NCBI GenBank assembly: GCA_050287725.1
Contig: JBNKCL010000008.1
Span: 2,129-66,128, forward strand
Origin: Sedimenticolaceae bacterium
Lineage (GTDB): Bacteria > Pseudomonadota > Gammaproteobacteria > Chromatiales > Chromatiaceae
Direction of reading: 5' to 3'
Length of the DNA: 64,000 nt
Positions 26,705 to 37,169 of this stretch are shown one piece after another. Under the pieces are notes generated by a model that ran no database searches, had not been told where the DNA came from, and saw only the letters and a program-made list of their open reading frames with translations. The position numbers were made by a program, and so were the translations under genes. The stretch's first letter is position 1; each line of letters begins with the position of its first letter.

Positions 26705-28050
26705 GCTTCACCTTTGCATAAGACAGCGTAATAGAAACCATCCATCGACTCCTCGCCGGGTAAGGTCTGGCGACCGACCGTACGGGCATGCCCCCAGGCG
26801 GCCTCGATCGGCCGCTCCCGGGCGTCCCGCTGCTGCCCGAGAAACCGCTCCAGTTGCTGTTCGTTCTCTTCCGGCAATAGCGAACAAGTCACATAGAGCA
26901 GGATACCCCCCGGTTTCAGCAGCGGCCAGATGTTATTCAGGATCTGCGCCTGGCGCTGCACCAGGGACGGAATGTCATTGGCGCGTCGCAGCAACTTGAT
27001 GTCCGGGTGCCGCCGGATCACGCCGGTGGCGGAGCACGGCACATCCAGCAAAATGCGATCGTAGCGCGGCGCCGCCCACTCTCCGGCAGGCACCGATGCG
27101 TCTCCGAGATACAGCGACGCCTTCAACTGCAGCCGTTGCAGGTTCTCGCGCACCCGCTCCAGGCGCTGCCCATCCAGATCCACCGCCGTCAGTTCCGCCT
27201 CCGGCGCCAACTCCAGGATGTGGCCGCTTTTGCCGCCGGGAGCGGCGCAGGCATCCAGTACTCGCTGCCCCGGCTTCAGATCCAGCAATTCCGCCGCCAG
27301 TTGCGCCCCGGCGTCCTGCACCGAAACCAGCCCCTCCGCAAAACCGGGCAGGGCATCCACCTCCAACGCCCGCTCCAGCACCAGAGCGGATGCCACCGCC
27401 GCCAGCGGCGTTGCGGCAACCCCCGCTTGCTGCAACTGTTTGCAATAGGCCTCCCGGTCGATTCGGCACCGGTTGATTCGCAGCGTCATGGGTGGTTTGG
27501 CGTTGGCCGCATCCAGGATCGCCTGCCACTTTTCCGGCCATGCCGCCCGCACGGCATCCGTCAACCAGCGCGGATGGGCAAACCGAAGTTCCGGGTCGTT
27601 ATCCACCTCCGCCAGGAGTGTCTCGTGCTCGCGCTGAAAACGGCGCAATATCCCGTTCACCAGGCCCGCCGCCCAAGGGCGCCCGAGGACCCGGACCGCC
27701 TCCACGGTTTCCGCCACCGCCGCGTGCGCCGGAACCCGCATGAAGAGCAGTTGATAAAGCCCGACCGGAATCAGCAACTCCACCACCCGGTCCCTTCGCT
27801 TCAGCGGCCGTTCCAGCAACCGCCGGGTGACCCCCTGCAGGCGCAAAAACCATCGAACGGTGCCGTAACAGAGTTCCTGCAACAGCGCCCGATCGCGCAC
27901 GACCACCGATTCCAGCGCCGCCGGCATCAGGTCGCTGAGCGAGCGGCCCGTCAACACCTGTTCCAGCACCTGCGCGGCGACGGCCCGGACAGACTCCCTG
28001 CAATAGGAGGCGGCTTCAGCCAAACACCACCCCGGCCAGATCGTGGGCAT
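26701..28050 (-). CDS. rsmB: 16S rRNA (cytosine967-C5)-methyltransferase RsmB
   Basis: NusB-like N-terminus ([20 protein letters not shown]). SAM motif [22 protein letters not shown] and TCSLLPEEN motifs. The true start may be the TTG at 28023. Confidence 0.85.
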   Translation of the reverse strand: MPTIWPGWCLAEAASYCRESVRAVAAQVLEQVLTGRSLSDLMPAALESVVVRDRALLQELCYGTVRWFLRLQGVTRRLLERPLKRRDRVVELLIPVGLYQLLFMRVPAHAAVAETVEAVRVLGRPWAAGLVNGILRRFQREHETLLAEVDNDPELRFAHPRWLTDAVRAAWPEKWQAILDAANAKPPMTLRINRCRIDREAYCKQLQQAGVAATPLAAVASALVLERALEVDALPGFAEGLVSVQDAGAQLAAELLDLKPGQRVLDACAAPGGKSGHILELAPEAELTAVDLDGQRLERVRENLQRLQLKASLYLGDASVPAGEWAAPRYDRILLDVPCSATGVIRRHPDIKLLRRANDIPSLVQRQAQILNNIWPLLKPGGILLYVTCSLLPEENEQQLERFLGQQRDARERPIEAAWGHARTVGRQTLPGEESMDGFYYAVLCKGEA

Positions 28051-28954
28051 TGAGAAAATCGGCGGCGCTCATCGCCCGCTTCCCCGGTAACTGCAGGGTC
28101 AGGATCCGCAACCAGCCGTCGCCGGTGGCGACATCGATCCCCTCCCGGCCCGCTCGCATCACCTTTCCGGGAGACGCCGTTTCCTCCGCCGGTAGCGGCA
28201 TCGTCTCCCAGATGCGCAGGGCCTCCTCGCCGAATCGGGTCTGGGCCACCGGCCAGGGATTGAAGGCGCGCACTTGCCGATCCAGCTCCACGGCGCTTCG
28301 CTCCCAGTCGATGGCGGCCTCCCCCTTCTCCAGTTTGGATGCATAACACGCCAAAGCAGTATCCTGAACCTCCCCCCGCAGTGTGCCCGATGCGATCCCC
28401 GGCAACGCCTCCAGCAGCGCCTCGGCCCCCAACCGGGAGAGCCGATCATGCAACATCCCGCCGGTATCGTGCGGTTCGATGGGACAGGCGCGCTTCAGCA
28501 GCATCGGCCCGCTGTCCAGCCCCTCTTCCATCTCCATGATGGTGACGCCGCTCTCCTTGTCCCCCGCCAGGATCGCGCGCTGGATGGGGGCGGCCCCACG
28601 CCAACGGGGCAACAACGAGGCATGGATGTTGATACAGCCGAGGCGCGGCGCCGCCAATACCCGACGCGGCAAGATCAGGCCGTAGGCCACCACCACCATC
28701 AGATCGGCGCCTTCCGCTTCCAGCTGTTTCAGGTCCGTTTCCTCTTTAAAGTTCTTCGGCTGCCGAACCGGGATGCCGTGTTGCAGTGCCAGCTGCTTGA
28801 CCGGACTCGCGGTCAACCGCCGACCCCGACCCGCCGGCCGGTCCGGCTGGGTGTAGACCGCCACCACCCGATGTTCGGATGCCAGCAACGCCGCAAGGGG
28901 TGGGACCGAAAAATCGGGGGTCCCGGCGAAGATGATGTCCAGCGGTTTTGTCAT
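28016..28954 (-). CDS. fmt: methionyl-tRNA formyltransferase
   Basis: [15 protein letters not shown]-terminus, [15 protein letters not shown] motif, 312 aa, adjacent to def. Confidence 0.95.
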   Translation of the reverse strand: MTKPLDIIFAGTPDFSVPPLAALLASEHRVVAVYTQPDRPAGRGRRLTASPVKQLALQHGIPVRQPKNFKEETDLKQLEAEGADLMVVVAYGLILPRRVLAAPRLGCINIHASLLPRWRGAAPIQRAILAGDKESGVTIMEMEEGLDSGPMLLKRACPIEPHDTGGMLHDRLSRLGAEALLEALPGIASGTLRGEVQDTALACYASKLEKGEAAIDWERSAVELDRQVRAFNPWPVAQTRFGEEALRIWETMPLPAEETASPGKVMRAGREGIDVATGDGWLRILTLQLPGKRAMSAADFLNAHDLAGVVFG

Positions 28955-28984
28955 TGTTTTACCGTGCCGTCCCGTTGGGTCGAA

Positions 28985-29068
28985 TTGAACCGCAGAGACG
29001 CGGAGGCGCAGAGCTTACGTTGAGCACATGGAGTAATGCCGCGTGTCCCGGTGCGTTCAGGGGTTCCC
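28985..29068 (-). repeat. possible truncated CACAGAG-type element, copy 3 (inverted orientation)
   Basis: TTGAACCGCAGAGACGCGGAGGCGCAGAG resembles the reverse complement of the right end of copy 2 (GTTTCACCACAGAGGTCACAGGGATTCGCAGAGG). The central part is shorter. Aligned by eye only. Confidence 0.3.
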
Positions 29069-29078
29069 GTTTCTCATC

Positions 29079-29612
29079 TCAAATAACACGTCGCGAAGGG
29101 GTTTCCGCATCCGGTTTCTGGCGTGCTTCTTTTTCCAGTTTTTTCCGGATTCGCTGCCGCTTCAGTCCCGAGAGATAATCCACGAACAGCTTTCCGTTCA
29201 GATGATCGATCTCGTGCTGAATACAAACCGCCAACAGGCCGTCGGTATCCAACTCAAACGGCTGCCCGTCACGATCCAGCGCCCGCACCTTTACCCGCTC
29301 GGCGCGGGTGACGGTATCGTAAACCCCGGGTACGGAGAGACAGCCTTCCTCCATCTGTTCCTCACCCGACTGCTCCAGGATCTCCGGGTTAATCAGACAA
29401 AGAGGCTCGTTATGCTCTTCCGAAACATCGATCACAACCACCCGCTTGGCTACATTGACCTGGGTCGCGGCAAGCCCGATTCCCGGCGCCTGGTACATGG
29501 TCTCAAACATCTCCTCCACCAGTCTCCGGATGGAGTCATCCACCTCCGTCACCGGCTGCGCCTCGTTGCGGAGCCTTGGGTCGGGGAACCGTAATATCTC
29601 GAGCGTCGTCAT
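29079..29612 (-). CDS. def: peptide deformylase
   Basis: [14 protein letters not shown] and QHEIDHL motifs. Start taken at [14 protein letters not shown]. Confidence 0.95.
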   Translation of the reverse strand: MTTLEILRFPDPRLRNEAQPVTEVDDSIRRLVEEMFETMYQAPGIGLAATQVNVAKRVVVIDVSEEHNEPLCLINPEILEQSGEEQMEEGCLSVPGVYDTVTRAERVKVRALDRDGQPFELDTDGLLAVCIQHEIDHLNGKLFVDYLSGLKRQRIRKKLEKEARQKPDAETPSRRVI

Positions 29613-29790
29613 CAGGATTTCCAAAGATTGCTACACATGTCCCGCATCTGGACAGAATCTGGGTTATAGTACAAAACTAATAAAATTCGCTAACATTATG
29701 ATGATACAGAATTCTAAGTCAGAATACCGGCTTTGAAACCCCCTTTTTTGGAGCTAAACTCCAACCAACCAAAACGCCAAAGGGACCGCC

Positions 29791-30834
29791 ATGCCAAAGA
29801 CTCGACATCAGCTTGCCGGCTTTTTTCTGGGACTGATTCTCTCCTCCGCCCTGTTTGCGGCAGAACCGGTAGCCGTCAATCCGGCTCATCCGGACCGCTA
29901 TGTGGTGGTGAAAGGCGATACCCTTTGGGATATCGCCGGGCGCTTTCTCCGCGATCCCTGGCGCTGGCCCGACGTCTGGTACGTCAACCCACAGATCGAA
30001 AACCCGCACCTGATCTATCCCGGCGACACCATCGTCATGACCTATGTGGATGGACAACTGCGACTCAGCCTGGAACGGGGCTCGACCGTCAAGCTCTCGC
30101 CGCAAATACGGACCACCCCGTTGGCCGCCGCCATCCCCACCATCCCGATTGATGCCGTCCACCCCTTCCTCACGCGACCCTATGTGATCGGTGAAAAAGA
30201 GCTGGATGCGGCGCCATATGTCGTGGATTTCGCCGATGAACATATCACCGGGGGCGCCGGGGTGCGCATCTATGTCCGCACCATCGAGAATACAGACAAT
30301 CAGGACTACGATGTAGTTCGCCCCGGAGACCCCTACAAAGATGCGGATACCGGCGAGATTCTGGGTTATGAGGCGCTCTACATCGGAAACGCCAAGCTGG
30401 AACGTCCGGGTGATCCGGCCACTATGATTCTGGTTAATACCAACCAGGAGACCCTCACCGGCGATCGTCTGGTGCCGTCGACGGAAGAGCAACCGCTTCA
30501 GAACTTCCAGCCCAAGGCCCCGGATCAAGAAATCAAGGGCAGCATCATCTCGGTGCTGAACGGGGTAAGCCAGATCGGGCAGTTTAATGTGGTGGTTTTG
30601 GACCGGGGCGCCGAGGACGGCCTGAAGCTGGGCGATGTGCTCACCATCGAACACAAAGGGGAGGTCATCAAGGACGACGTCACCCCGGACCGTACGGATA
30701 CCGTCAAGCTGCCCAACGAGGAGGCGGGACTGCTGTTGGTGTTCCGGACCTTCCCACGGGTCAGTTTCGGGTTGGTACTGCGAGCCATCCGTCCGATACA
30801 CGTGCTGGATCGGGTGCGTAACCCCTCTCCCTGA
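29791..30834 (+). CDS. LysM-domain peptidoglycan-binding protein
   Basis: Signal peptide. LysM YVVVKGDTLWDIAGRFLRDPWRWPDVW. Conserved position divergent from def. Confidence 0.8.
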   Translation: MPKTRHQLAGFFLGLILSSALFAAEPVAVNPAHPDRYVVVKGDTLWDIAGRFLRDPWRWPDVWYVNPQIENPHLIYPGDTIVMTYVDGQLRLSLERGSTVKLSPQIRTTPLAAAIPTIPIDAVHPFLTRPYVIGEKELDAAPYVVDFADEHITGGAGVRIYVRTIENTDNQDYDVVRPGDPYKDADTGEILGYEALYIGNAKLERPGDPATMILVNTNQETLTGDRLVPSTEEQPLQNFQPKAPDQEIKGSIISVLNGVSQIGQFNVVVLDRGAEDGLKLGDVLTIEHKGEVIKDDVTPDRTDTVKLPNEEAGLLLVFRTFPRVSFGLVLRAIRPIHVLDRVRNPSP

Positions 30835-30884
30835 TTCTCCGCTCCGCCTTCACCACGGAATTGGGAGCGCGGGGTAACAGCAGC

Positions 30885-32018
30885 ATGGAGGAGCACCAAC
30901 AGGGCAACGACGACCTGCGCAACTGGCTGGCGCTGCTGCGCACCCCGGGGCTGGGAATCCGGGGGCGCGACATTTTGCTGCACCGGATCGCACACCCCGC
31001 CGAACTGCTCCACTCCACCCCCGCCCAGCTATCCGCCCTCGGGATTGGAAACGAGGCCGTTCAGTATTTAAGGAATCCCCGCTGGGAGGAGGTGGAAGGC
31101 GACCTCCGTTGGCTGGAGGCGCCGGATCACCACCTGATCACCTGCCGGGACCCACTCTATCCCGCCCTGTTACGGGAGATCCCCGATCCGCCGCCGGCGC
31201 TCTTTCTCCAGGGTGATCCGGCACTGTTATCGAATCCCCAGCTGGCCGTGGTCGGCTCCCGCAACCCCTCCCCCGGAGGCCGGGAGACGGCTTGGGAGTT
31301 CGCCCGTTTTCTCGCCGCCGCCGGGATCACCGTCACCAGCGGACTCGCCATCGGCATCGACGGCGCCGCCCACGAGGGAGCACTGGCAGGCGGCGGAGAA
31401 ACCATCGCCGTGACCGGTACCGGGTTGGACCGGGTCTATCCGGCGCGGCAACTTCCCTTGGCGCACCAGATCGCGGAACAGGGGGCGTTGGTCACGGAGT
31501 TCCCGCCCGGCACCCCGCCGCTCCCCGCCAATTTCCCGCGCCGCAACCGGATCATCAGCGGCCTCAGTCTCGGGACGCTGGTGGTGGAGGCGGCGCTGAA
31601 AAGCGGCTCGCTGATTACCGCACGGTTGGCGGCGGAGCAGGGCCGGGAGGTGTTCGCCATCCCCGGATCGATCCACAACCCGCTGGCCCGCGGCTGCCAC
31701 GCCCTGATCCGTCAAGGCGCCAAGCTGGTGGAAACCGCCGGGGATATCATGGAAGAGCTCGCCGCCCTGTTGGGCTCCCTGTCCCTCTCCGCCGCTCCCG
31801 CCGACAAGGCGCCCAAGAACGATATGGAGAGATCCGTGGAGCTCGATCCGGAGTATCTCCACCTGCTGGAACAAATCGGCTTCGATCCGGTCACGGTTGA
31901 TAAATTAGTCGAACGGAGCGGATTGACCGCGACCGCCGTTTCCTCCATGCTGCTATTGCTTGAACTGGAGGGTCATGTATCATCTGCGCCCGGCGGAAGA
32001 TATTGCCGAACCAAGTAA
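30885..32018 (+). CDS. dprA: DNA-processing protein DprA (Smf)
   Basis: VVGSRNPSPGG...SGLAIGIDGAAHEGAL...FPRRNRIISGLS Rossmann-like DprA core. Confidence 0.9.
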   Translation: MEEHQQGNDDLRNWLALLRTPGLGIRGRDILLHRIAHPAELLHSTPAQLSALGIGNEAVQYLRNPRWEEVEGDLRWLEAPDHHLITCRDPLYPALLREIPDPPPALFLQGDPALLSNPQLAVVGSRNPSPGGRETAWEFARFLAAAGITVTSGLAIGIDGAAHEGALAGGGETIAVTGTGLDRVYPARQLPLAHQIAEQGALVTEFPPGTPPLPANFPRRNRIISGLSLGTLVVEAALKSGSLITARLAAEQGREVFAIPGSIHNPLARGCHALIRQGAKLVETAGDIMEELAALLGSLSLSAAPADKAPKNDMERSVELDPEYLHLLEQIGFDPVTVDKLVERSGLTATAVSSMLLLLELEGHVSSAPGGRYCRTK

Positions 32019-32085
32019 AGTGCTTCATTTTTCCCCGATCCGATGGGAATCCGGTTCGCGGGGAAAGCCTGACCAAGGACCCAGC

Positions 32086-32562
32086 ATGAACGAAAACGTC
32101 GTCGATATCCTGATCTACCTGTTTGAAAATTACATGGATAGCGACCAACATCCCCCCTCCAACCAAGCAGAACTTCATGAAGAGTTGCGCCAGGCCGGGT
32201 TCCCCGAACGTGAGATCAGTCAGGCATTTCAATGGTTGGACGAACTGGCTTCCCATCAGGGATCCCAGGAGTTGCGTCCTTATACGGACCAATCCTTCCG
32301 GGTCTACACCGATCAGGAACGCGCCCGCCTGGATTCCGAGTGTCGCGGGCTGCTGCTGTTCCTGGAGCAAAACAATATCCTGGACCAGGCCGGACGCGAG
32401 CTGGCCATCGAACGGGCTATGGCGTTGAACAACCTCCAGATCGGGGTCGAAGAGTTGAAGTGGATCGTTCTCATGGTGCTGATGAACCAGCCGGGACAGG
32501 AGAACGCCTTCGCTCAAATGGAGGATATGATCTACAACGACCAGCCCATCGCCCTACATTGA
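32086..32562 (+). CDS. smg: Smg (DUF494) protein
   Basis: MNENVVDILIYLFENYMD N-terminus. 158 aa. Sits between dprA and topA as in other gammaproteobacteria. Confidence 0.85.
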   Translation: MNENVVDILIYLFENYMDSDQHPPSNQAELHEELRQAGFPEREISQAFQWLDELASHQGSQELRPYTDQSFRVYTDQERARLDSECRGLLLFLEQNNILDQAGRELAIERAMALNNLQIGVEELKWIVLMVLMNQPGQENAFAQMEDMIYNDQPIALH

Positions 32563-32611
32563 CGGAGATTGTAAACAGACCGTCGCCGTCATCCTGCGCC
32601 CTGCTCCCGCC

Positions 32612-34900
32612 ATGAACCTGGTTATCGTCGAATCCCCCGCCAAAGCCAAGACCATCAAGAAATACCTGGGTCCCGAGTTCGAGGTCCTGGCCTCTTACGG
32701 CCATGTCCGCGACCTCGTTCCGAAAACGGGCGCGGTGGATCCCGAGCGGGATTTCGCCATGCAATATCAGGTGATCGAAAAGAACGAACGCCATGTCCAG
32801 GCCATCGCCAAGGCGCTGAAGAAGGCCGATTGCCTCTATCTCGCAACCGACCCCGACCGCGAAGGGGAGGCGATCTCCTGGCACCTGTATGAGCTATTGA
32901 AGAAAAGGGGCCAGCTCAAGAACAAGACGGTACACCGCGTCGTCTTCAACGAGATCACCCGAAAGGCGGTACAGGATGCGGTAGCCCACCCGCGGGAGCT
33001 CTCGCAGGAACTGATTAACGCGCAACAGGCACGGCGCGCGCTCGACTATCTGGTGGGCTTCAACCTCTCCCCGCTGCTCTGGAAGAAGGTGCGACGCGGC
33101 CTTTCCGCCGGCCGGGTTCAAAGTCCGGCCCTGCGCATGATCGTGGAGCGGGAGGAGGAGATCGAGGCGTTTCAGGCCCGGGAATATTGGACCATCGAGG
33201 CCGACCTGAACAAAGAGCAGCAGGCTTTCAGTGCCAAGCTGACCCGCCTGCAAGACGAAAAGTTGGAGCAATTCTCCATCACCGACGGCGAACAGGCCGC
33301 CAAGGTAGAACAACGGCTGTTGGCAGAGGCGGCCGGCAAGCTGCTGGTGGCGAAGGTCGAAAAGAAGCAACGCAAGCGTAACCCGGCCGCCCCGTTCACC
33401 ACCTCCACCCTGCAGCAGGAGGCGGCCCGCAAACTCGGATTTACCGCGCAACGCACCATGCGCACCGCGCAACAGCTCTATGAGGGCATCGACACCGGCG
33501 CCGGCGCCGTGGGTCTCATCACCTACATGCGAACCGACTCGGTAAACCTGGCGGATGAGGCCTTGAACGAGCTGCGCGAGTTCATCGTGCAACAGTACGG
33601 GGAGCGCAATCTCCCGGACCAGCCCCGCCGCTACAAGACCAAGGCCAAGAACGCGCAGGAAGCGCACGAGGCGATTCGGCCCACCTCGGTCCGGCGAACC
33701 CCGGATGAGTTGCAACCTCACCTCACCAAGGACCAACACCGACTGTACGAACTGGTCTGGAAGCGCACCGTCGCCTCCCAGATGATCCACGCCACCATCG
33801 ACACGGTCGGGGTGGATCTCGCCTGCGGCGACGGCAACATCTTTCGCGCCAGCGGCTCCACCATCGCCGATCCCGGCTTCATGGCGGTCTATCTGGAAGA
33901 CGTGGACGACGCCAAGGCCGGAGATGACGACGAGAAACTGCTTCCCCCCCTGCGCGAGGGTGAGCAGGTGACGCTCCAGACGATTCGCACCGAACAACAC
34001 TTCACCGAACCGCCGCCCCGCTACAGCGAAGCGAGCCTGGTGAAAGCGCTCGAAGAGTACGGCATCGGCCGCCCCTCCACCTACGCCGCCATCATCTCCA
34101 CGCTCCAGGATCGCGGATATGCGGAGTTGGAGAAGAAACGCTTTTACCCTACCGATGTGGGTCGTGTGGTCAATCGTTTTCTGACCAGTTACTTCAGCCG
34201 CTATGTCGACTACGACTTCACCGCCAAGCTGGAAGACGAACTGGATGCCATCTCGCGCGGCGAAGAGGAGTGGGTCCCGTTGCTGCGCCGCTTCTGGCAA
34301 CCGCTCAAGGAGCAGATCGACCACACCCAGGAGAACGTCAAGCGCAGCGACGTCACCCAGGAGGCGCTGGATGAAACCTGTCCCAAATGCGGCGGCCCGC
34401 TCTCCATCCGGCTCGGGCGGCATGGCCGTTTCATCGGCTGCACCAACTACCCGGAGTGCGACTACACCCGTGATCTGCGCGAAGGACAGGGAGAAGCGGA
34501 AGAGCCGGAGATCATCGAGGGCCGGCAATGTCCGGAGTGCGGCTCGGCGCTGATAATCAAAAAAGGCAAATACGGCAAATTCATCGGCTGCTCCTCCTAC
34601 CCGAACTGCCGTTTCATCGAACCGCTGGAGAAACCGCAGGATACCGGGGTCACCTGCCCCAAATGCGGTAACGGCACCCTGTTAAAACGCAAATCCCGGC
34701 GCGGCAAGATCTTCTACTCCTGCTCCACCTACCCGACCTGCGACTATGCCACCTGGAACGAGCCGCTGGCGGAGCCCTGCCCCCGTTGCGGCTGGCCCAT
34801 CCTCACCCTCAAGACCACCAAGCGCCGCGGGACCGAAAAGGTCTGCCCGCAGGAGGAGTGCTCTTATGTCGAGGCGGTCGAGGAAGAAGCCTCGGAATAA
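32612..34900 (+). CDS. topA: DNA topoisomerase I
   Basis: TOPRIM MNLVIVESPAKAKTI. Active-site region YITYMRTDS-like (LITYMRTDS). Four C-terminal CxxC zinc ribbons. Confidence 0.95.
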   Translation: MNLVIVESPAKAKTIKKYLGPEFEVLASYGHVRDLVPKTGAVDPERDFAMQYQVIEKNERHVQAIAKALKKADCLYLATDPDREGEAISWHLYELLKKRGQLKNKTVHRVVFNEITRKAVQDAVAHPRELSQELINAQQARRALDYLVGFNLSPLLWKKVRRGLSAGRVQSPALRMIVEREEEIEAFQAREYWTIEADLNKEQQAFSAKLTRLQDEKLEQFSITDGEQAAKVEQRLLAEAAGKLLVAKVEKKQRKRNPAAPFTTSTLQQEAARKLGFTAQRTMRTAQQLYEGIDTGAGAVGLITYMRTDSVNLADEALNELREFIVQQYGERNLPDQPRRYKTKAKNAQEAHEAIRPTSVRRTPDELQPHLTKDQHRLYELVWKRTVASQMIHATIDTVGVDLACGDGNIFRASGSTIADPGFMAVYLEDVDDAKAGDDDEKLLPPLREGEQVTLQTIRTEQHFTEPPPRYSEASLVKALEEYGIGRPSTYAAIISTLQDRGYAELEKKRFYPTDVGRVVNRFLTSYFSRYVDYDFTAKLEDELDAISRGEEEWVPLLRRFWQPLKEQIDHTQENVKRSDVTQEALDETCPKCGGPLSIRLGRHGRFIGCTNYPECDYTRDLREGQGEAEEPEIIEGRQCPECGSALIIKKGKYGKFIGCSSYPNCRFIEPLEKPQDTGVTCPKCGNGTLLKRKSRRGKIFYSCSTYPTCDYATWNEPLAEPCPRCGWPILTLKTTKRRGTEKVCPQEECSYVEAVEEEASE

Positions 34901-34977
34901 CCGCTGAGGCGGTAGCCTGAACCGGCAAAATCCGGTATCTTTCCCCCCCTTGCCACCCAAACAGGGGACACGGAGAG

Positions 34978-35484
34978 ATGAACAAGCCCTTTGTTGCCGT
35001 ACTGATGGGTTCCGATTCCGATCTGCCGGTGCTACAGACCACCTTCGAGGTGTTGAAGCGCCTGGAGATCCCGTTCGAGGCCAAGATCACCTCCGCCCAT
35101 CGCACACCCGATACGACCCGCGCCTACGTCAAGGACGCGGATGAACGCGGCTGCGCGGTGTTCATCGCTGCCGCCGGTCTCGCCGCCCACTTGGCCGGCG
35201 CCGTCTCCGCCGCCACCCTCAAACCGGTGATCGGCATCCCTCTGGATTCCGGCCCCCTGCAGGGGATGGACGCCCTGCTCTCCACCGTCATGATGCCCGG
35301 CGGCATCCCGGTGGCCACCGTTGCGGTGGGGAAACCGGGCGCCCGCAACGCCGCCTACCTCGCCGCTCAGATCCTGGCGCTCTCCGATCCTGAGCTGGCG
35401 GCCCGGCTCCAGGCGGAACGGAGCGCCACCGCCGCCGAGGTCCTTGCGAAGGACGCCGAGCTCCAGTCCGACCTGCTTCACTGA
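34978..35484 (+). CDS. purE: N5-carboxyaminoimidazole ribonucleotide mutase
   Basis: VAVLMGSDSDLPV and SAHRTP motifs. 168 aa. Confidence 0.95.
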   Translation: MNKPFVAVLMGSDSDLPVLQTTFEVLKRLEIPFEAKITSAHRTPDTTRAYVKDADERGCAVFIAAAGLAAHLAGAVSAATLKPVIGIPLDSGPLQGMDALLSTVMMPGGIPVATVAVGKPGARNAAYLAAQILALSDPELAARLQAERSATAAEVLAKDAELQSDLLH

Positions 35485-35487
35485 CCG

Positions 35488-36072
35488 GTGGTGCACGGGC
35501 ACCTGACAGGACGCCCCCTCCCCGCCTGGCGATTCCGCGAGACGGCCCGCTGCGTTCATGCCGGCGGGGTCGTCGCCTATCCCACCGAAGCGGTGTTCGG
35601 CCTCGGGTGCGACCCATTCGACTGGTTCGCGGTGGAACGAATCCTGGAACTCAAACAACGGTCGGTTGAAAAAGGATTGATCCTGATCGCCGCCGATTTC
35701 GAACAGCTGCGGCCGTTCGTACAGCCCCTCCCCGATCGGCAGATGCGGATCGCCTTCGACACCTGGCCCGGCCCGCATACCTGGTTGTTGCCGGCGGCAG
35801 ACGCCCTACCGTCCTGGATTCGCGGCCACCATGACTCCGTCGCCGTACGCGTCACCGCGCACCCGGTGGCAGCCGCCCTCTGTCGTGCCTGCGGTTCCGC
35901 GCTGATCTCCACCAGCGCCAATCTCAGCGGCCGGCCCTCGGCCCGAAGCGCCTTGGGGGTACGTCTGCGGTTCGGCGACCGGATCGACCGTATCTTGAGC
36001 GGCTCGGTGGGGTCGGATTCGGAGCCGACGCCGATTCGTGATTTGGCCACCGGGCGTGTTGTTCGAGCCTGA
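35488..36072 (+). CDS. tsaC: L-threonylcarbamoyladenylate synthase (YrdC/TsaC type)
   Basis: VVAYPTEAVFGLGCDP, LISTSANLSGRP, 194 aa. Confidence 0.85.
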   Translation: MVHGHLTGRPLPAWRFRETARCVHAGGVVAYPTEAVFGLGCDPFDWFAVERILELKQRSVEKGLILIAADFEQLRPFVQPLPDRQMRIAFDTWPGPHTWLLPAADALPSWIRGHHDSVAVRVTAHPVAAALCRACGSALISTSANLSGRPSARSALGVRLRFGDRIDRILSGSVGSDSEPTPIRDLATGRVVRA

Positions 36073-36125
36073 TTACGCTGACTCCTCATTTGCTTGTAGT
36101 TCGGTAATTAGTTTCGTGACCGGTA

Positions 36126-36240
36126 GGCCCCGAGCCCTTTCTTTCTCTCTTGCGAATCGGCCACGAGGTACTTTCTCTTGCTTGTCCAAAAGAAAGGGGC
36201 TCGTGGCCCATGCTATGTGGGTGAAGAAAAGAACCGGGGC
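36126..36240. repeat. nested inverted-repeat element in the convergent intergenic region
   Basis: Two direct units GGCCCCGAGCCCTTTCTTTC (36126) and GGCCACGAGGTACTTTCTCTT (36159). Two inverted units AAAGAAAGGGGCTCGTGGCC (36189) and GAAGAAAAGAACCGGGGC (36223). Confidence 0.45.
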
Positions 36241-36330
36241 TGATGGGCTGAGAAAATAGTTACCAGTCTCAGAAAAAACCTATCGGCTACAAACCCGACT
36301 AACGCGACACAAACAAAAGCAAAACCGGAA

Positions 36331-37158
36331 CTACACCACCCGCAACAACCACAAACTAAACGCCATCACAAACATCCCACCCGCCACCCCGAAAATGGTG
36401 GAATGCCCGTTGCCGTAGACCCGGGCGGCCGGCAGCAACTCGTCAAAACTGATGTAGACCATGATGCCGGCCACCAGCGCCAGCACCAAACCCACCAGCG
36501 ACTCGCTCAACAGACTGGCGAACAGAACAAACCCGATCACCGCCCCCACCGGTTCGGTCAGCCCGGAGAGCACGCTGTACCAGAAGGCCCGCCGGCGATC
36601 TCCGGTAGCGTGGTAGATAGGAAGCGAGACCGACATCCCCTCCGGGATGTTGTGGATCGCGATCGCCACCGCGATCGAAATTCCGAGCACCGGATCGGTC
36701 AGAGCAGTAATAAAGGTCGCAAATCCTTCCGGAAAGTTGTGGATGGCGATGGCGATCGCGGTAAACAGCCCGGTGCGATGGAGATTCACCTGCGGCCTCC
36801 CTCCCTGAATCTCTTCCAACTCACCCGGCCCTTTCAACTCATGAGGATTTACGTCGTCCGGCACCAGCCGGTCGATCACGGCGGCCAGCGCCAGTCCGCC
36901 GAAAAAGGCCCCGATCGCCGCCGCCTCGCCGGAAGCCGCACCCAGCGATTCTTCCATTCGCCTGACCGCGTCCGGCAACATCTCCATGAAGGAGACGTAG
37001 ACCATCACCCCGCCCGAAAACCCCAACCCCACCGAAAGAACGGTGGTGCGCCGGCCCGGCAGAAAAAAGGCGATCACCGCCCCGATCGCCGTGCTGAGTC
37101 CGGCGATCAGGGAAAGAGAGAAGGCCTGTAGCAGCTGCTGGGGGGTGTACCCGTCCAT
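36331..37158 (-). CDS. zupT: ZIP-family zinc transporter ZupT
   Basis: 275 aa, multi-TM. HNFPEG and HNIPEG motifs. Confidence 0.85.
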   Translation of the reverse strand: MDGYTPQQLLQAFSLSLIAGLSTAIGAVIAFFLPGRRTTVLSVGLGFSGGVMVYVSFMEMLPDAVRRMEESLGAASGEAAAIGAFFGGLALAAVIDRLVPDDVNPHELKGPGELEEIQGGRPQVNLHRTGLFTAIAIAIHNFPEGFATFITALTDPVLGISIAVAIAIHNIPEGMSVSLPIYHATGDRRRAFWYSVLSGLTEPVGAVIGFVLFASLLSESLVGLVLALVAGIMVYISFDELLPAARVYGNGHSTIFGVAGGMFVMAFSLWLLRVV

Positions 37159-37169
37159 CGACGACCCGG

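Noticed and set aside
28016-28050. 35-nt overlap between the rsmB ORF and the fmt 3' end, considered as a possible frameshift or fusion.
   Set aside because: Both reading frames are intact. An in-frame TTG at 28023 would give an 8-nt overlap and an N-terminus that aligns better with known RsmB starts. This is a start-site ambiguity, not a frameshift.
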